Positions 15,572 through 29,300 of a stretch of 64,000 bases of DNA are shown in pieces. How positions within the stretch are numbered: the first letter of the stretch is position 1; each line of letters starts with the position of its first letter. The notes under the pieces are model-generated. The model had not been told where the DNA came from and ran no database searches. It worked only from the letters and a program-made list of their open reading frames with translations. Location of the stretch: assembly GCA_951406725.2 (NCBI GenBank), contig OX597814.1, positions 40,672,001 to 40,736,000 on the forward strand, in the 5' to 3' direction. A program made the translations under genes and the position numbers. This DNA is from Octopus vulgaris. Its lineage: Eukaryota.

Positions 15572-16391
15572 CATACACATACACACATATATATACACAC
15601 ACATACATACACATATATATACATACACAAACATATATACACACATATATATATATATATATATATATGAGTGCGCGTGTGGGTATGTATGCATATATGT
15701 ATGTATGCATGTATATGTGTATGTATATATGTGTGTAAGTGTGTGCATATATGTATATGTAAGTATGTGTGCGTGTATGAGTATGTATGTATGCTTGTAC
15801 ACGTGTATATATGTGTGTGTGTGTATATATATGGATGCGCGTGCGTGTGTGCACGTGTATGGGTACGCATGTATATGTGTATGTGCGTGTATGTGTATGT
15901 ATGCATATATGTATGTATGCATGTATATGTGTATGTATATATGTGTGTAAGTGTGTGCATATATGTATATGTAAGTATGTGTGCGTGTATGAGAATGTAT
16001 GTATGCTTGCACACGTGTATATATGTGTGTGTGTGTATATATATGGATGCACGTGCGTGTGTGCACGTGTATGGGTACGCATGTATATGTGTATGTGCGT
16101 GTATGTGTATACGTGTATGTATGTATGTGTGTGCGTATATTTGTATATGTATGTGTGAGTGTGTATATATATATATATATATATAGATGGGGGTGTGTGT
16201 ATGCGTATAAATGCATGTAAGTATGGATGTATGGATGTATGTATGTATGTATACGTATGTATGTGTTTGTGTGTATATGTATGTATGTGTGTGTATGTGT
16301 GTATATATATATATATATGTGTGTATATATGTTTGTGTATGTATATATATGTGTATGTATGTGTGTGTATATATATGTGTGTATGTGTATG

Positions 16392-16431
<40 letters not shown>

Positions 16432-16826
16432 GGTATGTATCTGTATGTAGGAGTATATATATGTGTGTGTGTGTATGTATATGTGTATATATATATATAT
16501 GTATATTTATTGGTGTATATGTATAGACTAGCCTCCTAAAGTGTAGACACGAATCTGTAGGTACGAGTACGTATGTGTATATACGTGAACGTATGTAGAT
16601 GTTTGTATGTATGAATATAACGCGTGCGTACGTGTATGTGTATGAGTGTACGAATGGGTGAATGTACGTGCTAATGAGTGTGCGTGCGGGAATGAGTACT
16701 TGCCTTCTAGTAGACAGACAAATGGACATGCTGCCATAGCCAGGATCCTTAGCTCTAGCGATCAAAGATAACAAAAGTAATAAATGAAGATAATAAAATT
16801 AAAATTAGGGAATGGGCCTGTATTGG

Positions 16827-16874
<48 letters not shown>

Positions 16875-16978
16875 ATGTATGTGTGTATGTGTAGGTATGT
16901 ATAGGTACACATGTGTATGTGTATGTGTATGTATATGTGTATATGTATGTATGTGCACACATGTATATATATGTATGC

Positions 16979-17025
<47 letters not shown>

Positions 17026-17332
17026 TATGTGTATGTGGGTGTATGTATATATAGGTGTAAATATGTGTATATAGGGAACTAGGTGTGTTGTGTGTGCATG
17101 AGTGTATGTGCGTATGAATATATATTTTTCTGTGTATATATGTATGTGTGGTCGTGGGTATATATATACATGTGTGTATGCGTGCATGCATGGGAGTGAG
17201 TGTATGCATATATACGTGTGTGTATGTGTAGACAGGTATATGCATGTGCATGTGTATAAATTTGTATATGTGGGCGGGTGTATGTATGTGTGTATGTAGA
17301 TATGTATGTATATGCGTATATATGTATGTGTG

Positions 17333-17365
<33 letters not shown>

Positions 17366-17872
17366 GTGTATATATATGTGTGTAGATACGTATACATGTG
17401 TGTATAGGTATAAGTGAGAATCTCCTTATTTACCTATAACTCTATCCCCCCTTTTTTATATATATATATTTTTCTATATATATATTTTTTATATATATTT
17501 TTTATTTTATTATTTTATTATTTTTTTTATTTTTTTATTTCATTTTATTTTTTATTATTTTATTTTTATTTATTTTTTTTTATTTATTTTATTTTTTTTT
17601 TATTTTTTTATTTTTTTTTTATTTTTTTTTTTATTTTTTTATTTATTTTTTTATTTTTCTATTCTTTCATCTAACTTACCACTGACTCCTTGACCACTCC
17701 CCCAACTATGATATTTTGCGCTATGCCTACCCCAAAAAAGTCCCCCACCACCACTCCTTTAAACCTGCCTAAATGTATAAATGCTAATACAATTCTTGTT
17801 AAATAGCTTCCTGAAGATTTCTCTTGAATGAAACAGTACTAGTCCTGTAGAAGCTCCTTCTATATAATAAAT
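14072..17872. mobile_element. Family A PLE-type non-coding element inserted as a 3.8-kb inverted repeat
   Basis: Left arm 14072-~15660 mirrors ~16310-17872 in near-identical unique islands (e.g. gctagagctaaggatcctggctatggcag). HHR at both outer ends; tail only on the left arm; flanked by (TA)n. Confidence 0.9.
17805..17855 (+). ncRNA. Family A hammerhead ribozyme (mirror copy at 14157-14207 has a C-to-A core mutation)
   Basis: AGCTTC CTGAAGA tttc-tctt-gaat GAA ACAG-tactagtc-CTGT A GAAGCT. Confidence 0.7.
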
Positions 17873-17874
17873 AA

Positions 17875-17905
<31 letters not shown>

Positions 17906-17907
17906 TG

Positions 17908-17983
<76 letters not shown>

Positions 17984-18452
17984 CGTGTGTGTGTGTGTGT
18001 GTGTGTGTATGTATATATGTCATAGACACTTCCGCCAGTTTTGACGTGTGAGGATCTGAATAAAAACTATTCCATTGTCTGTCATAAGGCGTACGTGAAA
18101 TACGACATTTGAATCCCGCGAACTATTTGCAAATAGGCCCACAGATATTGCAAACATAAGGATTACGGGTTGGTGCAGTCAGTATGTTTGCAGCTACTTT
18201 TACTTTTGCCATACACTTCTAAGTCTGTTAATGTTGGTTGCAACAATGTTTTGACACGACAGTCTCCAAGGACGTTTGTTCCCTCCAAGGACGTTTGCTC
18301 TAAATTGTTGTTAGTTATATTGACTGCTGAGAGGTTACCGTTCAGCTTGTCTTTATATCCGAGCTACGGCCGCCCGATATTCCTGTTTTTACTATTAATA
18401 GTGTCTATACGGTAGAAAATCATTTCTCTCTCTTTCTCTTTCTCTCTCTCAT

Positions 18453-18490
<38 letters not shown>

Positions 18491-18538
18491 TATATATATG
18501 TGTGTATGTATACATATATATATCTATCTATCTATCTA

Positions 18539-18592
<54 letters not shown>

Positions 18593-18618
18593 TGTATATA
18601 TACAGACACGTATACATA

Positions 18619-18830
18619 TGTCATGAGGATAATAATAATTATAAGGAAACATCCTTCTCACGTGATGAGTTGTATGGGGAGTCTTTACAATTAATCTGAA
18701 CTCGAGAGATTGGGTTGTCGGTCATTAGCAGTGGTTCGTACTTGTATAACTAACTAACTGTTACACAGGAGTGGATGTTATAACAGTATGACATTGGATT
18801 ACAACAGATTACAACAATGGTGAAGAGGAA
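18619..18830 (+). repeat. Probable 5' LTR (TG...CA, 18619-18816) with primer-binding site
   Basis: Starts tgtcatg, ends tacaaca, then a-TGGTGAAGAGGA (PBS-like), just upstream of Gypsy pol remnants. No second LTR seen. Confidence 0.5.
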
Positions 18831-18949
18831 TTGGTAAACTCACGAGGATTAAAGAAAACTCACAAGGAGTTATGAAACTCAGAAAGCCTGTGCACAGTCT
18901 GTGCGAGTTTTTGCAAATTTTTCAACAGGGTCGAATGATTGCATCATTT

Positions 18950-20140
18950 CACATAGCTATTCATTGTGCAGTCCTAAGAACGTGTTCGCAAAATTGAATG
19001 GACGGAAACTCTTCTCAAAATTTGACCTCTGGGAATCATATTTACAAATCGGAGTTGAAGAAGAATGCTGACAATTAGCCATTAATACACACTCTGGCTT
19101 ATTTAAATTTTTGGGTTAAAATTGACCGTTTTCATATTATAACAAGTAATGGATACAATGCTGACGGACACTGATTTTTGCGAACAGCGTATTTAGACGA
19201 TATCCTAACAAAAAGCAAATCACACGAGCAGCATATAGCAGAGATAGAAAGGGTGTTCGAAATGATAAGAGAATGCGGTTTTAAATAAAGTGAAGGAAAA
19301 ATGCAATTTCTTTCTGAAAAATGTTAAATAATTGAGCCAAATAAAAGATAAAAACGGACAGAAACCACCTCCATCCAGGGCAACCGATTTAAAAAATATG
19401 CCTACACCAAATAATGTGACTGTGCTACAAGAATTATTGGGATTATTAAATTAGTACTAAATTTATATTCCCAATATATACAATGTAGCGGCGCCGCTCA
19501 ATGATTTGTCAAGGAAAATGGCAACATGGTGCTGGACTGATAAGTTCCAGAATGCTTTTGACGAATTAAAAAATATTTTTACATCATCAACTCATTTTGA
19601 TCCGAAGCTGGATTTTATATTGGCTAAAGATGCGAGTGATTATGGTGTAAGAGCAGTGTTTCTGCACAAATACAACGATGGAAAAGAAAAGGCTGTACCC
19701 CATGCGTCACGATCGTTATTACCAGCAGAAAGGAACTAGTTAAATAGTAAATAAAGCATTAGCAATCATGTTCGGTGTGAAAAAATCCCATAGATTTATT
19801 CATGGAAGTTTCTCTACACACAGATCTACACACAGATCATCGTTCATTAATTTCAATATACAGTTCTAAAAAAGGAGTACCAGCACACGCAGCAAATAGA
19901 CTGCAGCGATGACACAACATTACTGAATTATGATTACAAAAAGGAATATTTACGTTAAAAATCAAGGACATGCGGATAGTTTGTCCAGACTGATACAGAA
20001 ATACTGCGAGCCATTTGGAGATACGCTAATCCCAGCATTAAAATCAGGAGGATACATAAAGAGAATGTAATGTAGAATGTGGTTGGCGAGTTACCAGTAA
20101 CAATAGAAGACATAGAAGGAAATGCGGAAATGCCCAAATA
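18950..20140 (+). pseudogene. Ty3/Gypsy pol remnant (RT and RNase H)
   Basis: VFAKLNGRKLFSKFDLWESYLQI, AINTHSGLFKF, AYLDDIL, HFDPKLDFILAKDASDYGVRAV...HASRSLLPAERN, ALAIMFGVKK, TDHRSLISIY...AANRLQR; many stops and frameshifts. Confidence 0.9.
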
Positions 20141-20151
20141 AGTATACATAC

Positions 20152-20182
<31 letters not shown>

Positions 20183-20222
20183 TGTATTATTTATGTATGT
20201 ATGTATTTATATATATATATAT

Positions 20223-20650
20223 AGGCGCAGGGGTGGCTGTGTGGTAAGTAGCTTGCTTACCAACCACATGGTTCCGGGTTCAGGCCCGCTGCGTGGCACC
20301 TTGGGCAAGTGCCTTCTACTATAGCCTCAGGCCGACCAAAGCTTTGTGAGTGGATTTGGTAGACGGAAACTGAAAGAAACCCGTCGTATATATGTATATA
20401 TATATATATGTGTCTGTGTGTGTGTGCGTGTAAGTTTGTGTGTCTGTGCTTGTCCCCCTAGTATTGCTTGACAACCGATGTTGGTGTGTTTATGTCCCCG
20501 TCACTTAGCGGTTCGGCAAAAGTGACCGATAGAATAAGTACTGGGCTTACAAAGAATAAGTCCCGGGGTCGAGATGCTCGACTAAAGGCGGTGCTCCAGC
20601 ATGGTCGCAGTCAACTGACTGAAACAAGTAAAAGAGTAAAAGAGTAAGAG
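20223..20650 (+). mobile_element. Full-length tRNA-derived CORE-type SINE
   Basis: A box gtggctgtgtggt; B box ggttcaggccc; CORE-like gtggcaccttgggcaagtg; internal TA/TG tract; tail (gtaaaaga)n. Confidence 0.85.
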
Positions 20651-20690
20651 TATATATACACACACAGATATATATATATATATATACACG

Positions 20691-20748
<58 letters not shown>

Positions 20749-23700
20749 CATGTGTGTGTAGAAACATTTTAAATAGCCAACGCCTTTTCATTTTCAGCGT
20801 TACATTATTACAAACGGATGTATTTAGAGATGTGCCAATTCATTCAGAGTTGAGCAGTAAGCCGTCTCATAGCTATAAACTCACATAACGAAATTCAGTA
20901 AAAATATTGTTACATGTTGGTGTTTGAGTGCTGATAAATTATTTATAAAATCTTGTTTCATCCACTGCTCGCACTCCAGGTTTTCCCAAAAGCGCGGGCG
21001 CGCACACACACACAGGCACACACAAACACATGCGTTCACACGCGCACACGCACGCAGTCACATATGTCTTACAATCTATTTACTACGTTGAAGCGAAGCA
21101 CTCGTGCAACGGTACCTTTCAGATCACAATAGTATTTTCAGCGATTTATTTCTACAATAAATTGAAATAAGCCTGTTTCCTGTTTCTTTCTGACTTGGAT
21201 TCTCTTCCTTCAAAATATTAATAAGCTGCGTGTTGTCATATCTAACAATGCTCACATTTATGCAGTTAACTACTCCATTCCTTCCAATTCGTTCCATCGC
21301 TAACCATTTGTCATCCATATGCAGTACAGACCACACAACAGATATGCATTTATCTCTCAAAATATAACTTCAAATCATTTTCCAGAGGGGCAATAAAAAC
21401 TTTATAAAGTTTTGCAGACGTATATCTTATCAAGAAAACATCACTGGCCCAAACTCTCAAAGCATTTATGGGATGGATCTGGAGCTTTGCTACCACCGAT
21501 GAACTCGTATCAAAAACACATGATTAGCATACTTAGGACATCATAACGACGGTTGGTTAATCCATTAACAGAGAAAGATATTTTAGTCATCAACGAAGGC
21601 TTAAGTGAGCGACGAAAGTGTGTAGTGCTTCCAAATCTAAGACGCTGCTATTGCTACCCTGAATAAGCTAGCGTGTACGAGAACAGGAATCACCGTAAAA
21701 AGACTGCTATAGAATATAAGGCATAATTGAACATATTCAAGTTGGCCAGTGGATAGAATGTATCTCTTAGTGATGAAGTGTTTGCATATTCTCAGGTACG
21801 TCATATTTTTATCGATTCTATGGCGGTCTTTTAACGTCGATAACTGGTCTAACGCCCTTACGCCTTAGTCACTCCCATGTCACAATCTTTCTTATAAATC
21901 TTAGTGCGTCCAGACTCCTTTTCCGTCACTACTCCCTATACCCGATATTTAATGCATCAGAATCTATCTCACTTTCCTCCCGGTGATATATTTCCACAGA
22001 TATTTACCAAAGGTAGTTCAAAACGAAACGTACGCAAGTGATCTCACTGCACATTTATGATTCACAAGGGCATAGATTCCACTACTTCCTCTCGACTCCA
22101 CTATATTGTTTTACGTTAATGGAAATCATTATGCATTGACTGCGAAACGAAACATGTGCTGCAGAGAATCTTCAGTAATTTAGCAACAAGTGAAATAATC
22201 CGATACGACAGCGGTGATATCATCTTCTATCAGTAAATACACACGTTGGATTGTTGCGAAAATTGCTAATTGAATGTAGAGGTAAAGCTGATAAAGATAA
22301 TGTAATATCATTGGAGAAAATAAAAATACTAAAAATTAGTTTCGTACAGACACACCTACACACACTTTTAAACGCAATCATACTCACGCGCACACATGCT
22401 TACATATACACACGTAAATGCATAAGCACAATTGTGTGCACCAAAAAGCATAACATCAATGTCACTTCTTTTGTCATTGAAATACATCAAACAAGATTAC
22501 TAAATGGAATTTTCACTGTATACATACACAAACACCTTTATACACATACACACAGTCATACACACAAGCATATACGCACGCTCATGTATAAAAGTGTGTG
22601 AGTTTATGCACACACACATACACACACATACACACGCACACACAAACGCATATAATATAGTTTAAATTTGTTTATGGTAAAGTTTTGAATATGCAAATAA
22701 AACTCCTATTCAATTACGCCACCCACGGTCTAATCATGCTGACTAGTAAAGCATGTTTTCGGGATTGCATCAAGTTATACCGATATAATATTGGATAAAT
22801 ATGATAATAACAATAACAAGAATCCTAGGATGTAATTTATAAACATTTAATGCATCGCTATGCGCGTTTCAACGTATCAAATATCACCTAAGATCACACA
22901 CCGTATCTCAGTGATGATTACATTGTATTCCACAATATCCGTGGTCATACGAAACACTAGCTTGACCTTCATAAAAAGATAAAAAACATACCTGGTAAAA
23001 AGAGAACATGCCTTTGGTAAACCACAAATGTTATATCGCTTGAATAATGATTCGATGATGATAATCAACTAGATGCCCACGAATACTGTAATGATCGCAG
23101 GAGAACGAACTGTGATCTTAAAAATCATGTGATTTGTGGAACCACGCAATTGCAAATCTCTCTTCACGAGATATTACACATACTCTACCACTCTCCAGTA
23201 TTCACCATCTTACTTTTCACATCAGAAGTATGCCCTGTTTTGAACTACAAACACTGGCTCTAGATGAGCCTGATGTACCAACATGAGCTCGTTCGTTCCA
23301 TAATTAAGTGTACGACACTTAATTCGACTCACCAGTATAGCCTATAGTTCTATCTCCGCTGACAATCCAATCTAGCACCAACAAATTTTATTAAGTAGCG
23401 TAAATCTGGTTACTTCCAGAGGGATGTTGTCACTAATATATTGATGGTCTCTCGCTAGTTCCTCAGAACAGCCTTTTGCGATACATGTAGCATCAAATTC
23501 ACCGAATTGATGTCATTCGATAAACAACATCACCGACTCCAGATATTGCAGTGTCAGTTGGCCACCAACATTCTATCTGACTACGCGTATCTGAGAACAA
23601 AGATAAGAATAGCTGTTGCTTTCAAACTATTACTACCGCGTGAGCTTAGTCGGCCAATATAGGCTTAGAATCTACTAGCCATCATGTTAATTAATCTCAA

Positions 23701-24283
23701 ATTCACTAATGAGCTAAGTTCGTTGTACGAACCTACGACATATTAAGTTGTTTTGAACCAAACTGAACTATTATTAAGTAATATACGTAACACCTAAAAG
23801 TGTGTTGGGTGCCGCTTTCTTTTCGTTGTTCCTTCATTCTTACACACATACATGAATATACACACACAGCCATGCACTCATATAGATAGATTGTTATAGA
23901 TATACATGCGTGTGCATTGAGATGTGTGTGTGTGTGTACGCATGTGTATGTGTGAATTATTAACTTTACAAATAGAAAAGATGTAAATTAGCAATCCATG
24001 ACTTAGAAAACAAAGGTTGTATAAGTTAAATTGTTATTCTCGAGAATTTCATTGAAGTGGGATTTATGTAAAAATTAAATGTTTGGTCAAAGTGAATATA
24101 ATTATTAGAAGGATTTTGTATCCAATATTAGTGAAAACGGTAAAAAAAAACATAGACTTCTTGATATTATTTCCCACAGGCACGATCGTCGTCCGGAGAG
24201 CAAAGGGAAAAGAAACAATATTGCTTTTTAGACCCCAAACTCCTTTATGCTTCTATATATATATATACATATATATATGATTA

Positions 24284-24417
<134 letters not shown>

Positions 24418-25693
24418 ATGTATATGTCATATATGTCATATCATATCATTTCCCATCATTGCCTCCGAACGGAAGATCTATTTCAAACTACACATTTCCA
24501 ATTGAAAATGAATCAATTGTATTCTAGTGTGCGGATTCTTTAATATAACCTTTATTTTAATCCAGCATTTACTCTTCGTACGAACCCGTTTCAATCGTTT
24601 CTTTCCACTCAAATGTCTGATCAAAAATCGTGTGCACACAACCTAGACGCGGCCTGGGTTATCTGTTTCTAGCTATCAAGAAATATTGATTACAATATCT
24701 CTCTTCTAATGGAAATTTGGAAAAAATTAAGAAAGAAAAAAACAGTAATCAGATTAACAGAAAACACAATCACTAAATATACCCAGAAATCGCTATGTGC
24801 ACAACCAATCGACTTCTTCAGAAGTAAGTAAAATAGTAAAGAAATACAAATTTCAGTGGAAATTGGAAATACCTAAGTGAGAAGTTCGGTTGTATTAACA
24901 CATTAAGCTCAAAACTATTGAATTACGTAGCATACGTCTGTTCGTTATAACAGGAGAAACATGTCGATATTTGTAATTAAAGACGCATCCGAAAAGAAAG
25001 AAAACCATTAGCCTGCATATTAGTGTCATTAACAATCACGCATGCAGTATACAACTATAACTGCTACGTATACAACTATCCTAGTCTACACCGAAAATAA
25101 ATCCATCGTTTGATAATTATCTATGCAATAGATACGCACTACGATAGTAAATCCCTCTCTTATGGCATTTGGAAAAAAATAATTCTCTAATTAAAACGGT
25201 CTATAGAATAACCAGTCGAGGTGAAGCGAGATCCATGTCTCTTTAAGAAATATACTTCTTCAAAATACAAGCAACGTTCTTTAATACGTGTTGTAGATAT
25301 TCGTTCGTTATATGACTACATCCGAGAAAATAGATTTGTACGTAGAGAAAAACAGGATCAAGTTAACTTAACAATTACAGAAGATTAAGCGAGATGACTG
25401 CTGTCTATACGCTGAGGAATGTGTATATATATGTATGCCTCGTTACTCGTGTTTGGATTTGTACATATTTGGATATATACATACATACGTATAAAGATAC
25501 GTGTGTGACTGTGCTTGTGTGCGTGCGTGCGTGTGTATGTGCCTGCGTTCGCGAGTATGTGTTTGATTATGTATCTGCATGTGCTTGTATGAAATATGAA
25601 TATATAATATAGTCTGCGAATGATATGCTTCTAATAGCAATGTCAATAATATATACACATACACACAAACACACATACACACACATGTATATA

Positions 25694-25791
<98 letters not shown>

Positions 25792-26202
25792 ATAGATATA
25801 GATATTTATATAAGGGAAATATGTGTATAGCATGTATATAGATTAGCTCAGAAGTAGAAATAATATCTGAGAGCAGAGAGAACCTAATCTATTATTTCAT
25901 GTAAACTGGTACATAATTATATTTTCGATATTACATGTTTTTCTGAAAGTTCCCTATATTTGTACATTTTTTTCTTTTTTAATTTCCGAATTTCAATTCA
26001 ACATGCCTGATATTCCATTGTAGTTCAATATTTCTTTAACCAAACGTTTTTGCAAGTGTCTGATATTAAATGTCTACAATCGTTATATTGTTTTTATTCA
26101 TTTTTTTCCCTTCAGAAGTAGATTTAAATATTGTAAATACTATCTGCATCTGTGTCTATACATGAACACAATCACACATTTATGTATGAATAATTTTACA
26201 CA

Positions 26203-26272
<70 letters not shown>

Positions 26273-26368
26273 TATATACTTTGATACTTTGATACTTTGA
26301 TAGGTTTCGGCCATTATTGGCCCAGGCCATGTCTAACTTAATAGCACCACCTGGTGAAGTCTTTCAAG

Positions 26369-29300
26369 TCAGAATTTGGGCACTATGGCCCACTCAAGTA
26401 GAGAGTTATTGTTTACAGAGACATATCCGGGTGTAGGGGGTTTATCCGGGATTTCTTGAAGGAATCTGTCCAAAGACTTCTTGAACCCTATAGGGTCAGT
26501 TTCTGTTTTAATGTGTTTTGGTGTAATGTTAAAGAGAGCGGGGCCAATTGAGGTGAAATAATTGTGCCGTATTGTTGTTATGAGATGAGAGTGCGATTTT
26601 TGTTTTGGGCGGATGGCACGGGGCCCAAGCCTTGGATGTACCTTAAAGGTGATGCCAACATCATTTGGGCAATGCTGATGGAATATTTTCCACATCATGC
26701 AGATGATGTAGCGCTCACGACGACGTTGGAGAGAATAGAGTTTTAGCTTTTCTAGTCGACCCCAATAGTCGAGGCCTGTCATGCCATCTATCTTTTTTGT
26801 GATTGCCCTTTGAGGTGCTTCGATTTTTTTGATACCTTGTATTGTGTGGGGAGACCACAGTGGACAACAGTATTCAAGGTGGGGTCGGGCAAAAGTGGAG
26901 AAGAGAAGGATAATGGTGTGGATATCTCTCGACTGGAAAGTTCTGAGAATCCAGGAACACATTCTGCGGGCCATGTCAACTTTGGTGTTTATATGAGTGG
27001 CCCAGCTTACGTTGTTGTCCACAATTACTCCCAAGTCTCTGATGTTGTTGGACGCCGCGAGAGTTTCACCTGAAGGAAGGGAGTATGGGAGTTTCAGGGC
27101 ATCCTCTTTTCCAAAGTGGATTAGCTCAAATTTATCCTCGTTCAGCAGCATATTGTTTTTTTCTGCCCATTGGATAACAGCCAGTAGATCTGACTGAAGG
27201 CATGTCCGGTCACTCGCCTCATTTATGACCTTCTGTAGCTTGGAGTCATCTGCAAAGATTTTTATGTTGCTGTGCTTGATGATGTCATTAATGTCATTAA
27301 TGTAAATGATGAAAAGAAGTGGGCCCAGCACAGTGCCTTGCGGAACGCCACTACTGACTTTGGCTGGGCTTGATTTTACCCCTTCAACTACAACATGTTG
27401 AGATCTGTCTGTCAGGAAACACTTAATCCATTTCAGTAACTTTCCAGAGACACCAATGTTGGATAGTTTTTTCAATAGGATCTTGTGATCGACCCTGTCG
27501 AAGGCCTTACTGAAATCAAGGTAGATGACATCGGTGTTGGAGCCCTCTCCCAAAGCTCTCAAAATGTCCTCAAAGTGATGCAGGAGCTGCGTTAGGCAGT
27601 CCCTTCCATTACGGAACCCATGTTGGTTGGAGATCAGCCGTCTGTTGCTTTCCAGAAATTGGGTTATTTGAGATCTCACCACCCTCTCAAATACCTTGAT
27701 GATATGAGAGGTGAGTGAGATCGGACGGTAATTCACTGCAAGGGACTTGTTTCCCTTTTTGAAAACTGGGACAACAGACTGGGACAGAAGGTTTTTTGGA
27801 ATATAGCCAGCATCCAGTGAGTTTCTCCACAGATTAGCAAGGGGAGATGCAAGTTGGTGTCGACACACCTTCAGGACACAAGCAGGGAACCTATCGGGGC
27901 CTACTGCTGAATTGTGTTTTATTTCGTTTATCGCCGCTAAGACATCAGGGGCACTAAACGTTATGTCCGATATAGTGTGTTGGGGGTTGACATCACTGAT
28001 ACAGCCCAGATCGGCCATATCAGGATTGCTGAAAACAGAGCAGTATTGTTTCTGCAGTATCTCGGCCATGGATTTGGCATTATCTTGGAGAGTGCCAGTT
28101 TCGTCAATTAGAGGGCCTACAGTGGAGACAGTGACCCTGCGTTTCCTCGCAAATGAAAAGAACACTTTGGGGTTGAGTTTGATTTTTTCAATGGCCCACT
28201 TCTCCTCAGCTGATCTTTGGTTATTGATGAGGGACTTCATGCATTGTTGGAGGTTATATTTTTTGGATTCAAGCAGTGCGATAGCCGTCGAATGTGTGTG
28301 TTGCTGTTGGCAGTACTTTAGCTTGTTAATTTTTTTGTTTGTTCTTTTTATTTTTCTGATAATGGTTTTTCTGTTTTGGGGGATTCTGCACTTTTTGTTC
28401 ACAGGTCTTGGTGGGGAGTGTTTTGCACATATGTCTGTGACGGTGTCTACAAAGATCTGCCAAGATGTTTTATGGTTGGTGGAGATGTGTGTATGTGTAA
28501 AGGACCAGTCAACATTTGATAGCTCGTTCCTGATTGCATCCCAGTTGGCTTTATGGAGATCCATGTTGTCAAATGGGTGGGCTGGAGGAAGGTCACTAGG
28601 ATTAGCTTTCGGCTGGTGGAATTTCATGTTACAGAGAACCATGTCATGGTCTGAAAGAAGGGTTTTTTCCACTGTAACGTTATGTATAGTGTTAGTGTGG
28701 TTACTAAACACTAGGTCCAAAATGTTCTGATGTCTTGTTGGTGCAAGGACAAGTTGGGACAAGAAAAACTCATTCGTAAAGTCGAAAAGTGACTCTGCTG
28801 CTTCTTTGTCAGCGGTTGAGGCGGGAGTGCTTGGTTTCAAACAGTTTGTAGTCCAGTCAACACAGGGTAGATTGAAGTCTCCCATCATGAGTATGTTGCT
28901 AGAATGGCACTGTTGAATAAAGCACTTAATGCTGTTGAGGCATTCTTTAAAGCACAGTATGGGTGTTTGGGGCGGCCTATAGAGCCCAATTACTGTCAGA
29001 TCATTGGCTTTGTTGTGCACGGTGACTGATTCACAGTAGCCGTTGGAGAATATACTATTTCCATCTGCCGTAAATGAATCATGCAGGAAAATGGCAGTTC
29101 CACCCTTCCTCCTGCCGATACGATCCGCGCGGATGGTTGTGAAATTCTTCACTCTCACTTCGGCTTCCAAGTGGGAGTTGTCAAGGTGGGTCTCAGTGAG
29201 AATGAAGAAAGGGATGTGGTGTGAATGGTTACCAACCCAGTCTTCAATGAATTGGACCTTCCATTTTTGTGCATTGATGGAAGGGCTGACACCTTGTGCA

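Noticed and set aside
22880-23640. Faint CR1-like RT traces on the minus strand
   Set aside because: Too decayed to support by eye.
24775-24825. Minus-strand CTGAAGA motif in a PLE-like remnant
   Set aside because: No matching GAAA or stem III could be built.
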